Of a DNA stretch of 64,000 nucleotides, positions 49,375 to 62,218 are shown in pieces; the first letter of the stretch is position 1, and each line of letters begins with the position of its first letter. The DNA is taken from assembly GCA_024679065.1 (NCBI GenBank), contig JAGIQG010000006.1, positions 75,640,001 to 75,704,000 of the forward strand, read 5' to 3'. Source of the stretch: Sphyrna mokarran (Eukaryota). The position numbers and the translations under genes are program-made. Under the pieces are notes generated by a model, which saw only the letters and a list, made by a program, of their open reading frames with translations, made no database searches and was not told the origin of the DNA.

Positions 49375-52300
49375 GGGACAGAATTCTCCCAAGCTCCGGG
49401 GACTGCTTCTTGCTGTAGTGACTATACATTCCAGTCCCAATGTCAATAATTATGTATTAAGGAATTTTGCACCATTATGGCCAGGTGCCATATTTCCAAG
49501 GTGCTTGAACATCCACAATGTCAGACCAAAACCAGAAATCTGCGAGCACTGTGCTCACATTCAATCATGCCCAAATATTCTTCTGGACCATATTGAAATA
49601 ATAGAATCATAGAATCTTGGAATCCCTGCAGTGCAGAAAGAAGTCCATCGAGCCTGCACCAACAACAATCCCACCTGGTTCCTTTCCTCTTAACACTACA
49701 TATTTGCCTTGCTAATCCCTCTGCCACTAAGGGGCAATTTAGCATGACTAATCCACCTAACCTGCATACCTTTGGACTGTAGTAGGAAATCAGAGCACCC
49801 GGAGGAAACCCAGGCAGACATGGGAAGAATATGCAAACTCCACATAGTCACACTAGCTTGGAATTGAACGTGGATCATTGATGTTGTGAGGCAGGAGTGC
49901 TAAGCATGCCATGAGATGTATAAGAATGTGCCATACTCTCCTGATGGGAGGAGAAGACCAAGCAGGGAAATCAAATCTGCATGGGTGTAGGTCAGTGCCC
50001 ATGGGGTTCACAAGAAGTCGACAACACAATGCCAAAATGCCAGGATAAATAACTTTATTTGCTTTGCCAGAGTAAATCTCCTTGATCGTTGCACAATTCA
50101 CACTCCAATATGTTAGGGTCAGTCCCACTTCAGTGCATTCAAGCCGCTGTGGAGTCATCACTGTGCCTCATTTACTCTTCAGCAGACATGAGACACCGTA
50201 TGGAATGGGGGTTGGTGCTGGGTGAGAGGCAATGGAGGGGATCCAGGATAGGCGCAGAGGAATCAGCAACCTCTGCAAATCACATGCATGTGTGAGCCTT
50301 CCCCTTGCATGTGGATGTGCTCAGGCTCTCTGGAGGGAGCTGTTTTACAATCTCTGCCAACTTCATAAAAGTGGGCTATCTTACAAGAAGAAGAATGATA
50401 AATAAAATGAATTTCAGTGCTCCAATGAATATGCCATGTAACTCTTCTCAAAAATGGGCTCTTATTTTAGCAGGAGAAGCTCCGTCACAAACATGCCGAA
50501 TGTGAGAAGATGGGTGGGAGGGGTGAGAGCGACTATTTAGCAGGTCTCTGCCTGCATTTGAGGAGAGGACTTTGAGCTTCTGGGATTGCAGTAGGGCAGA
50601 GCCATTGGCAATATGGTACTTAGCCTTAGACACCCACCTTGTAAAGATTCATCCATTCAACACTGAGCTGAGGTTGAATATGCCTCTATGTTGGAGCAGC
50701 TGATGCTGTCACTTACACTCTTCTTTCTCACTTTCTGTTCCTCCGTAAGAGACAAAGGCCTGAGGAGGAGGAATAGGAGAACTTCTTATCAGGCCCCAGT
50801 CCCAGCCACAACCCAGAGATGAGCAAGGAGGGGGTCACAGCAGTCACTTGCATCCTCCACTGGTTCAGTGGGCATTTGTGCTCGTTCAGGAAAGTCTTGC
50901 AATCTGGTGGTTACTGCATGGACATGTGTTCATAGCAGGAGGAGGCAGGTTCAGCTGAGTTCCCTGGGTGTCGGAAGACTGCCGGGGAAAGAGGAATCTG
51001 TGAGCTCAGGAATCGGCTTCCACAGTCATGGTGGAGAATCAGCAAGAGTCGGGGTAGTATTGGAAACCCTCAACAGTGAGGCATGCCAGTTGGAGGAGTC
51101 AGTTCTACTCACTGATGAAATGGAGCCCGTATGTGCCAGCCTCATGCTCTCCATGTGGCGAATGGCAAACACCATAGAAACCCTGATCCAGCAGAATGCC
51201 CAATTTTTGTTGGAGATGCACACAGACTTGCACTCTCCTACTATTGCCATTGGAGAGTTCATATAGTGGCAACGTGAGAGGAGAAAAGGGCACCTTGACA
51301 TCCCTTCAGATGCCTGTTATTCTCAAGAGGTCTGGCCGGTGGCCCAGGTACTTGAACAGAGGCGAAACAGTAGCTGGACACCCTTGGGTCACCCACTCAG
51401 GACTCAAGGAGAGATTGTCTGCACCCTCCTAATCCCCTTGAACTATGAGCCTTGCAGTCTCACCCACTGTCAGCACAGAGAGAGCAGCTGGTCCACTGGT
51501 GGGAGGCCAAAGTAAGTCAGCACCCATCAGGCCTCAGCTCTCCAGAGGATAGCTGTCAAAATCGTTAAAGACAACAGGGTCAACAATTACACTTGGTGTC
51601 TACATCCCAGCTACAGATGTTGTGGCAACACTTAGAAGAAGTAATGGGCCAAGTAAAATCAAGAAATTCTGATCACAAGTGGCTGCGTGGAGGCACTCTG
51701 TATTATCTGCACATGTATTTACTGTCCCTAAATAATGTCTAGTGTTATCTTTCAACATCATTATATTGGCTTTGTGAGATCTCTCCCCCATCCTCTCAAT
51801 ACTTACGGTTCAGCTGCACATAGCCGCACCCCAAGTGATTCTGGAGGGAGAAGTATCTGTGGAAGGGCCTTTCACAGCCTTGTCCAAGTACGTCTCTGCA
51901 CAAGCACATCCTCCAGCTATAACATTCATGTCCCAAGCTGCTGTTGGGGTTTCTCCTTCAGTTGTCCAGCTGAGCCGACCAGCCCTGCCCACTCACTGAT
52001 TGAACTCCCAATGCGGCACTTGTGAACTTCCAATGTGACACTCATTTTTGAAGACAAAGGTCGTTGTCTGCTTTTTCATCAGCCTCCCTCTCATTTTCCC
52101 ACCACACTGACTGTATTCTTTCCTCCATCAATGTGGATACCCTGGTGTCACTTTCAACCTTCCATCATTACCCTACAGCCTGAACTCTTCTCCTTCAGAA
52201 ATGTCCAGGTGAATGGGTACCTTTGTGATAATCCCATCCCCACATTGACCTCTGTGATCTCTCCTTCCCATCCACCGTGTTGATATTTATCTCCATGTCC

Positions 52301-53241
52301 TCACCAACCATCCTTGCCATCCCCTCTATTGATGGCATTACATCCTTACCCTTCCATCCTACTGACCCTCATTGTCTCCTCTCACACTTAATATTCTATC
52401 CTTTCACACCCACCCTCAGTTCACTCCCTAGGAGGCAAAAATTTTCTCTGTAAATCCCTCCCTTGCACATTCACTTGGCTATTCCACCTCCCACTCCTTC
52501 CTCCCTCCTTACTTCTTCTTTCCCCCTTACTCTTTCCCCTCTCTGAACTCTCTCCCTCCTCTCAGCTTCACCTGATAACTTTGTTCCCCCAGCTTCACAG
52601 CTTCACCCCCACCCCTCCATCACTCAGACATTCCTCTCCCACTCACAGATAAACCTTCCCCCTACCACACCCCTACTTATCTCAAGTTTAGCAGCCTGTG
52701 GCAAAGACCCTGAAATTCTGAAGCAAATCCGAGACATCATTGAGGACCATGGAAAATGCTACAAGTCTGTGGCAAAGGCCCTGAAGTTCCAAAGCATTTC
52801 CGAGATTAGCAAAGTTGAAGCTGCTGGGTGGGATCTCCTGCCTTCTAAGAGCTGCTTCACACAGTGATGCATTTGCATGAAGACCCATCCAATGTGCATT
52901 GCACGTGTTCTTCCGGGGACTGAAAGCTGCAGCTCTCCAGCATCTCCTTCTCCTCAGATGACTGCAATCTGAGCAAGGGCCGAAAGATAAGCTCTGACTT
53001 TTGCCCGTCACATTGGATCAGATGTGCTCTGTACGAGAATGTTTTCCTGCTAGAGTAATGGAGAATTGGGCATTGGGGGAAAAGTCCAGTTGGGCCTTCA
53101 TTTGGATCCCATTAGTAGGATGAAATTTGCTTTCATGCTAACATGCAGTGGGATTCCCAATCCGCCATAGGGGCATCATCGGAAGACCTCATTCATGCCA
53201 GTGTAAAGCCAGTTTTTGGACCTTCTGCCAAATTCTAACCC
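49375..53241. mobile_element. Large decayed Harbinger-type element with Myb/SANT-like accessory gene remnant (+)
   Basis: TIR-like ends ggggacagaattct / aaattctaaccc; remnant QEKLRHKHAECEKMGG..LPAFEERTL at ~50472 resembles Myb/SANT (MSANTD-like) Harbinger proteins; coiled-coil-like ORF 50868-51266. Confidence 0.5.
49598..49910 (-). mobile_element. HE1-like SINE nested in the Harbinger-type element
   Basis: atagaatcatagaatc tail, ctaaggggcaatttagcatg, gcacccggaggaaaccc. Confidence 0.85.
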
Positions 53242-53269
53242 TCCTCCCACCTCTGCTCCCCTGCCCCCC

Positions 53270-54775
53270 TAAAAACTCTCAATTATTTCTACTTCGTCCT
53301 CATTGATGTAAACATGGTCTCCTTTACGCTTCCTGAAGTCGATGACAATCTCTTTCATTTTGTTGACATTGAGGGAGAGATTATTGTTGCCATACCAGTT
53401 TACCAGATTCTCTATCTCATTCCTATATCCTGTCTCATCATTGTTTGAGATCTGACACACAACCGTGGTGTCATCAGCAAATTTGAAAATTGAGTTGGAG
53501 GGGAATTTGGCCACACAATCATAAGTGTATAAGGAATATAGTAAGGGACCAAGGACATAGCCTTGTGGAGCACGAGCGTTGAGGATGATTGTGGAGGAGG
53601 TGTTGTTTCATATCTTTACTGACTGCTATCTGGAGGTTAGAAAATCTAGGATCCAGTTGCAGAGGGAAGAGCCGAGCTCCTCACAAAGTTTAGAGTTGAG
53701 TCTCATAAGAATTGTGGTATTAAAGGCTGAGCTGCAGTCTTTGAATAGGAACCTGACATAGATGTCTTTGTTATCTAGATGTTCCAGGATTAAGTGTAGG
53801 ACTAGGGAGAAAGTGTTTGCTGTGGACCTGTTGTGGCAATAGGCAAACTATTGTGGATTCAGGTAGTCTGGTAGGCTGGAATTGATTTATGCCATGCCTA
53901 ACCTTTCGAACCACTTCATAATGATGAATGTCAGAGCCACCAGATGATAGTCATTAAGACACGCTGCTTGGCTTCGCTTTGGTACTGGGATGATGGTCAT
54001 TTTCTTGAATCAGGTTGAGGTAAAGAGAGGTCAAAGATTTCTGTGAATACCAGCTAGTCGGCACAGGACCTGAGTGCTTGTCCAGGTACCCCATCTGGGC
54101 CAGTCACTTTCTATGTGTTGACTTTTCAGAAGACTGCTCTGACTTCCGCAGTGGTGCCTCGAATATAGTTTCATCTGAGATTTTCAGAATGAAGGGCGTG
54201 CTCTCACTGATCTCTTGCTCAAAACAGGCGTAGCCTATATTGAGCTCACTGGAGAGGGGTGCATTTGAGTTGGTGATTTTACATGCCTTTATCTTGTAGC
54301 CTATTATGTTTTGCAGACCTTGCCATAGTTGGGAGTCCGAGTGGCTAACTTGGGATTCTAGCTTGGTCCGGTACTGTCTTTTGGCATCTTTGATGGATCG
54401 CCGTAAATCATATCTGGCTTTCTTGTAGAGGTCAAGGTCTCCTGACTTGCATACCTTAGACCTGGACTTCACCAAACAATGGATATCTCTGCTCATCCAT
54501 GGTTTCCAATTGGGAAACATACAGATTTGCTTCTTTGGCACACAGACTCCTACACCTTTATTAATGAAGTCAGTTTCTATAATGGGTGGTGTTCTTGTTC
54601 AGGCTGGTTGCAGAGTTTTTACAGTCTATTGACTCTAATCAATCTCGTAGAAGATCATCTGATTCTTCAGATCAACCATGCACAACTTTCTTTTAAGGAT
54701 TCTCCTGTTTCAGCTTTGAATGCTTTGTGAATTCCACAAATGCCTGTTCGAAGAAGAGGCACTCATGCGGTATAA
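53270..54775 (-). mobile_element. Rex1/Babar-like LINE internal fragment (RT)
   Basis: Minus ORFs IFKFADDTTVVCQISNNDETGYRNEIENLVNW..LSLNVNKMKEIVIDFRK and FPNWKPWM..YKKARYDLRRSIKDAKRQYRTKLE. Confidence 0.85.
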
Positions 54776-55257
54776 TTCAAATTGGAGCTTTCCAGAGCTT
54801 GATTGTTTAGGTTGAAGTTGAAAAAGTCACCTGTTTTCTTTGACAGCTACCTTAACTGTTCATCAGTGTCCACTTTTAAATAAATCGAGGCAGTTTCAGA
54901 AGCTTCTATGTGAGTCCAGTTCACATTTAAAGATATGAACATCACATATCTTTTACTAGGCATGACAACATGCAAAGGGATGTGATCCAGGCATCACCAG
55001 TGAGGAGAAGTCAAGGTTGGCTTTGAATTTATTACCTTCTGATTCTCACTGTAATGATTTACACAAGAATTCATCACCATTTGTATTGGGGGAGCAAAGG
55101 GACATTGAACAGCACCGAGTAAAGTGTCAACACCTTATGAATGAAGAGGGAACAAGAGAATTGCGGAAGCAAAATGAAAGTAAAAACATAATTGGATAGA
55201 TTTTCAAAGTGACTTTCCCTCTGCCACCGATTAATAATCATTAAGGATGTTCTGTTC

Positions 55258-55500
55258 TGTCGATGTGAAGTTCGCACATTCTCCCCATGACTGTGTAGGT
55301 TTCTTCTGGTTGTTCAGGTTTCCTTCCATAGTACAAAGATGTGTGGGTAGGGTTGATTGGCCATGCTAAGTTGCCTCTTAGTTTTAGGGGATTAGTAGGG
55401 TAAATACATGGGGTGTGGGTATAAGGCCTGGATGCGATTGTGTTGATGTAGGCTTGATGGACCGAATAGCTTCCTTCTGTACTGTAGGGATTCTATGTTA
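55258..55500 (+). mobile_element. HE1-like SINE (5'-truncated)
   Basis: gcacattctcccc...gattggccatgctaagttgcc...ctgtactgtagggattctatg. Confidence 0.8.
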
Positions 55501-55759
55501 TGTTTTCAGCATGTTCTGCCATTCATTTGATTGTAGATACACTATCATCCCATCCATTATTTTGTCATAACACATAAGGACCATGATCTGTAATAGTCAT
55601 TTCACACAAATACTTATCAAATTGAACCCATCGACAGTTTTATAGTCAGTGAGCAAGTTGAAGTACATTTTAAGTTCATTCTTGTTAAAGTGGAAGGTAG
55701 ATAATTAAAGTGGAAGTATCCTATTTTGACAGCTTAATGGGCTGCAATGTAACGCTATA

Positions 55760-57110
55760 GTGGAATTTGGGTTGAGAAATCAGAATTGATTTTGCCCAGC
55801 ATTTGGGTGCCCAGACATGGTGGAAATATCTGCTGGAAATATGCAAATGAGATAGACCAAGGCATCAATCAACTTGTTGCACTAATTTGATGCCAGTGAT
55901 GCCATTCTGGAGCTCAATGTTGCAGCTCACATAGTCAAACACACATCTGCAATAGGAAGGAACACCCACCAATGAGATTATCAGCTGCTTGTTCTGATTC
56001 TACCACTATTTGTTGCTTTGTATAGTTATCTTAAATTACAATAGTCTATAGCGAGTGGTGAGGTAGTTGCGCAAAGATATTTTGCTGACTTCATGGCTTC
56101 TTCATAAACCTATTGCATCCAGACATGGGTGAAAAAATTGTCTTTCTGTTTGGAATGCAATCTGACTGAGGAAGTGAACAGGTATCATGCAGAGCAGTAC
56201 AAGCTGTGCCTGTTCCTCATTACTTGGCACTTGCCGACCCCAATTGTGTACAAGCTTCTCCTGTAAAAGACAGGGAGGTATGTCAGACTGTGTGATGCAA
56301 TCTGTTGAGTGATGTGGCTGCCATGGTTGGAAAGCTGGCAATGTTTGCAAGCCTTGAGATGTAGCTGTGAGACTTGCAGCATTGCTAAGTGTGTGAGGAT
56401 ATGGTAAAGCCATGAATGTTAGGTAGGTCATCTGATTAGCACTGATTGTTGTTAGGCAAACAATGGGTGTGTGTTGAGTTCAGCAATTTCTGAGACCACT
56501 AGTGCAGTTGATATGATTTGACATTTGAAGATGCGTCCACTCATGTTGACCACTGGAATGAGATTGTTGAACTTCTGAACTCGGCTGCATTCAGGATCTC
56601 AGAGTTTGATGTCTGACATTGACCTCCGCAACTATCTGCTTTTGATGGTGTGTCTGGAAGGTACCCTGGTCCCCAGCAGAACCAGGACATCTTTCCTCCT
56701 TTTCACCACCTTCCCATGGCCTTTGGTGCAGCCTCTAACACCTTGAACACCACTCTTTTCCAAATTGTGTCATTCTTTACTGTTTCCCAGAATCACTTTT
56801 TAAACAACTTTAAGCACTCATTTGCTGTCAACCTTCATCTCCCCTTTAAGCAGTACAGTCTAGCTTTAACTGGTGCTTAGTGCTGACAGTATACGTCCCC
56901 ATTGATATATCCAGCCAATCAGCAATACCTTTAACATTGACTGGATGCTGAAATCAGTGAAATGAGCAGGCAGCATGAATTTAGCATTCTTTGTATTTAA
57001 ATGATTTTAGTTAACAAAAGTATAGGTACTTCTGTGCAAACAAAGCTTTCTAATTACTACAATTAGGCAAAGGTAGTAATGCCATTTAGCCACACTTTAC
57101 TAGTTAAATC
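55760..57110. mobile_element. Decayed Harbinger-type element with Myb/SANT remnant on the minus strand
   Basis: Minus ~56545-56745 reads KVVKRRKDVL..RVPSRHTIK..VAEVNVRHQTLRS..QKFNNLIPVV (Myb/SANT-like); 55780-56070 resembles 37640-38020. Confidence 0.55.
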
Positions 57111-57581
57111 TTAGGTATGTCTTGTCCTTATAGTAGATTAATACTTCACTGTCATTATACTCCTCTTATTTCCCACTGAATCATTACTTTCAGTGATCAA
57201 AAAACAATTGTGTATAATTTAGGAGAAGCTTTTCTTCCTTACATGTCATATTAAAAAAGACTTTCCTGACTAGAAATAGTTTTATATTTGTAATGTGTTG
57301 TTGTGGTGGGATAGAGTTTATAACTATAGTTATTGATCATAAAGAAGAATATTACCTGAGAATGAGGATGTATACTATTAAGTTGTAAGTATGCAATATA
57401 TTGAGACACAATCACTTGATCAATTACTTTACAAGAGAAAATAACTTATAAAAGTAAATACTCACTGAGATTGGCAGAAAAAGTGATGTCACATCAATAC
57501 GTTAAGTGTTTATACACTAACTTGGCACAACTTAATATCAAGAGTCATAAATGCCACATATTGTGCTACACTGGTGCTGAA

Positions 57582-57790
57582 TGGCAGCATGTTGGCACAG
57601 TGGTTAGCATTGCTGCCTCACAGTACCTTGAGTACAGGGACTTGAGTTCAATTCCGGCCTTGGGTGACTATCTGTATGGAGTTGCACATTCTCTCTGTGT
57701 TTGCGTGGAAAGGGGCCTAAGTGAGATGTTCTGTCAGAGAATTAATGCATACTCATTGAGCCAAATAGCCTCTTACTGTAAGGATTCTAT
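57582..57790 (+). mobile_element. HE1-like SINE with internal deletion
   Basis: ggcacagtggttagcattgctgcctcacag...gagttcaattccggccttgggtgact, joined directly to the tail. Confidence 0.8.
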
Positions 57791-59627
57791 AAACTGTTTC
57801 TATGAACTTCAGGAAACCTGCAAATTGGAGTGAAATTTGTTCATGTTCAGAATCCGCTCCCTTATGTGGGCTGCGCTATTATTTTCTGAGTTGATCTGTG
57901 CCCTTCCCATGATGTGTACATTGGTGTTGTTTGAAGCTTGTTATAGTAATGAGCAGCTCCTGCAGCAAGTTGTGCATTTCTGGCCAAAATCTCTTAGTTT
58001 ATTTTTTTTTCATGAGATGCGCCATTATGTATTTCCGTCTCTGCTTTTTTAACATTTAATTTTAAGTTGTGTAACTTGAAATGCTGGATAAAGCTGAGGT
58101 CAGATCTCACACTCTTGAAATTCCATTTCAGCTATATTTTCCTTATATATGTCATAATAAGACTAAAATGTGATTTGTAATAGGAGTTTTATAATGGTTG
58201 CGTTTCTGTCAGTTGTAATCTGGTCATTTTCAAGTTATGAAGATACAAATGTGTCTTGAAATATAGAAAGTGCAAATGTTAGGGCTATTCCCAGATCTCA
58301 CTTTTCGAACTGAAAGCATAGAATTGACCTTTGAATTCTTTTGATGGCTATATCAATGAAATGAATCTGCTGTATATACTAGGAAGGCTTTCCATTACCA
58401 AATGTTCCTGGGATGAGGAAGGGATGAGGCATGTTCCTGGGATGAGGAACTAACATCTGATCAACATTCAGAGTCTGCTGTTGGAAAGGCATGCATGACA
58501 TTAGGACGGTACACATGTTTGTTATAGTCAGATGACATGTTGATACTCAGCCTAGGCTCATGTTTGAGGGAGGGTAAGTTGGGAAAGGCACCTGGGGCTG
58601 CTGGCCCTGTGGAATTGCAGCACAGGGCCATGTAGAGGGCAGGAGAAACACTGGGGAAATGGGGAGGGAAAGGGACAATGTTCTTGGAAGCTAGTAATGT
58701 GTGAGGCAGCATTTTGGGAAAGAAAATCAATATTGGGTGACAATGAGTGATTGGTATTTTTGACTCTGACTAATAGTTAAGTGACCCTATTTAATTAGAA
58801 TGACACAGCACTTATACACTCTTTCAGAAATTAGCATTTAATTTAAGTTAGACAATTCCTGGTAATCAATGTAAGACATTTTTGGTAAAGTATTATTAAT
58901 GCATTTTCAAAAATTGCTTTCTGCTAAATGCCAGTAAGTTTTTTTTTTGAAATCAACTGTTTGCTGAGTAGCTTGTTTTATAACCACCAAAAGTAAAGAA
59001 TAGCCCTTTGACCATCCCTCAGTCATACATAGACCACATTTCCCTGCTCGGATGTTTCAGAAATTTGCTGCTATGCTGAACAAAATTTTTCAACTTAGGT
59101 TCAAGATGGGCAACAGAGAACATAAGAGTCAAAAGGCACTTCTAAATTGGGTTATTTGCCCCTGATGGCACTGCTGGCATCCGATCGGTTGATACAGAGG
59201 TTGTGAGTGTGATCAGTGCTGGGTTACCAAGCATCAGTTACATCCCAGCTGAATGTCAGGATATACAAACCAACACCACCCACTAAAACACTAATTCTTA
59301 AACCATGAGCATTATTTTGAACAGATGACCAGAATACTTTAAAAACAAAACTAGAATCAAATACATTTGGAAATGTGCTGATGTAAATCTGCTTCTAACC
59401 ATAGCTCCCCACCCATGATCCAAAATCCCTGTGTATTGAAGGATTGCATAATCAACACGATCATGTAGCAACTTACAACTTATTATTTCCTGTTCTTTAG
59501 TAACTTTAGCAGAACATTAAACCTGATTTACAAAAAACAATTTACTGTCAATAGAAGTATCTATGTCAGTTTAAAGCAGCTGGTAAATACTGCTTGAAAT
59601 TTATCATTTGTGATTCAAAGTAGCATA

Positions 59628-60390
59628 GGGCTAGATTTTACACTCCCCCCCAGCTGGTGTGAAAGAGAGACGCACATGAAATCCAAGCTTACTCTGCTCA
59701 CAACTTATGTTTTGCCCTGGATCCTCTGCAATTATAAGTGTGGCAGGGGAGTCGCTGGGGTCCTGACCCCCCTTGGGTCAACTGAGGCCTTTGAGTGGCT
59801 AATTAAGGCCCATCTCATATGTGAAACTTGACAGCTTTAATTTCATAGGATAGGGGAGAGCTTATATATACATATAATATAAATAAGCCTGTATAAGCCC
59901 TCTTGGCCCATCAAAAGTGCCTTCCATAGGTCCACCCCCCACCCCTCCCCACATCCCCATCCCCCTCCCCCCCCCAGCCGTTTAACCTACCCTCCTCTGC
60001 TGGTTATCAGTTTTAACACCCAACCCCACTTCATGCCCTTTGTTGAGGCCTGCCAGCCTAGTCCTTGTGATAAACCTTCCCAATACTTACCTCACATACG
60101 GCTCTGGTCCTTGGCTCCTCAATGTCTGAGTCTGGATGCAGTCCCAGGAGTGGCCACCACTTCCAGCAGTGTTTTTGCACTATAGAGATGCTGGCCATCC
60201 AATTGGCTAGGAGGTCTTGAAGGCAAGATCCACACCCCGACCCCTCCCCTGCCTACCCCTTTCAATGTGTGCAAGACCTGCCTGAAGTTAATGAACGCTT
60301 CTGACATCATTAACTGAATGAAAGGGAGCCATCTCGCCAGATGTTTTATCTAGGGGGCAGGGACCATAGTGCCCTGTTAAATCTAGTTCA
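59628..60390. mobile_element. Non-autonomous DNA transposon with TIRs
   Basis: gggctagattttac ... gttaaatctagttc; C-rich interior. Confidence 0.5.
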
Positions 60391-60987
60391 TAAAGTTGCA
60401 GCTGAGATGGTGACCATTTGGCCCATCATATCCATGCTAGCTGAAAAAAAAACTATCTGACCTCATATCACTTTACTGCTTTTGTCCTGTAGCCCTGTTG
60501 GTTATGACACCTCATGTGCATTTACTTTTTTTAACATGTGGAGGATTTCTGCCTTTATTGCCCTTTCAGGCAATGAGTTCCTGATTCCCAACATCCTCTG
60601 GACGAAAAATAAAGTACTCCACAACTCTGCCTAATCCTTCTACCAATTACTTTAGAACTGTTTCCTATGGTAATTGACCTCTCTGCAAATGGAAACAGAC
60701 CCTTCCCGTTCACACTATTTAGGCCCTTCATAATTATATGCATGTCAGTTCAATCTCCCTCCGCATCTTTTGTTTCCAAGAAAACAAACCCAACCAGTTC
60801 AATATATCCTCGCACCGAGCGGCACTTTTGTAAATTTACACTGAATCCTCTCAAGTTTGATCATATCCTTTCCATAATGCAGTGGCTAGAGTTGTCTGCC
60901 ATTGCTTGGTGGAAGGATCTTCTGGTCTTTTCATTGTCGGTAGGGTTGACTGTACCTCTTGCCACCATAAAACCTATGGTGAGGTTG

Positions 60988-62218
60988 TGTATGAAATGGA
61001 ATCAAATGGGACCATATGTATTGAACTGAGGAACAAAAAGAGGCAATCACATGCTGGAAGTATACTATAGACTCCAAAAAGTGATAGAAAAGCAAATATA
61101 TCAGCATATTACTGGGAAGTGTGGAAACAATAGGGGAACAATAGGCTTTCAGAATGGCCATAAAGATCTGGCCAAAGTCTCTAATGGTCAATTCTTTCTT
61201 TTGTTATTTCTTTGTTCTTTATGTATTTCTAAAATATCTTTGGATTTTCCTTAATTTTACTTGTTAATGTTTAATTTAAGTTTAGTTTTTGCTCTCCTCA
61301 CTAGCTTTTTAATATTGCTCCTGCACTTTCTAAGTTCCTCTAAGCTGAGGTCTCCATAATATTGAGTTGTTGACATTTGCCTTGGCCTCTTTTGCCTCCT
61401 CCTATTCTGTTTGCTCTTTGAAAACCAGGCAAGTTTAGATTTATAGGAGCTACCTTTTACTTTGTGGGAACATAGTGTTGTCAACATATTTGAATTCCCT
61501 CGTCTCTTCCTTGAATGCTTCCCACTGCTCCCTTACTGACTTACATTCAGGTAGATGTTTCCAGTCAATTTTTGCCAAATTGTGTGTCAACTTAGTAAAA
61601 TTAGCCTTCCTGTAGTTTAAAATTGAACTCTTGGGTTATTTTTATCTTTCTCATAACTACTCTCAATCCAACTAAATTATGGGCTACATATGCCTTGTTT
61701 GTGAACCTAGCTCCTCACTCACCTGACAAGGGAGCAGCTTTCCAAAAACTTATGGTACCAAATGAATCTGTTGGACTTTAACCTGATGTTGTGAGACTTC
61801 TTACTGTGTCCACCCAGTTCAATGCCGGCAACTCCACAACACAACTGAATTATGATAATTGTTACAAAAATATTCTATCACTTATACACCTTGCACCTGC
61901 CCAGATTCATTTGCTAAAGTTAAGTCTGGAATTGTCCCACCTCGTGTTTGGCTTGCTACATACTGGGTAAAAAAAATCTTGAAAGCATGCCAACAATTCA
62001 ACATTCTCGATAGCTTTTGCACTGAATTTATCCCAGTTAATATTAGGGTAATTGAAAGCCTATTGTTCCCCTATTGTTTCCACACTTCCCAGTAATATGC
62101 TGATATATTTGCTCTTCTATCACTTTTTGGAGTCTATAGTATACAAAGAGGCTATGTGATTGCCTCTTTTTGTTCCTCAGTTCAATACATATGGTCCCAT
62201 TTGATTCCATTTCATACA
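60988..62218. repeat. Near-perfect ~165-bp inverted repeat pair (60988-61151 / 62053-62218)
   Basis: Arms are reverse complements apart from about one substitution and one short patch; the ORF track shows YEMESNGTICIELRNKKRQSH on both strands. Confidence 0.92.
61680..61838 (+). mobile_element. Penelope-like relic nested in the CR1, degenerate hammerhead
   Basis: cactcacctgacaagggagcagctttccaaaaactt...tgttggactttaacctgatgttgtgagacttcttactgtg. Confidence 0.7.

Noticed and set aside
51740-52080. Possible Harbinger transposase N-terminus on the minus strand
   Set aside because: Too degenerate to align convincingly by eye
57582-57660. tRNA-like sequence (also at ~48470-48531)
   Set aside because: A/B boxes belong to SINE heads continuing into the HE1 body; no full cloverleaf
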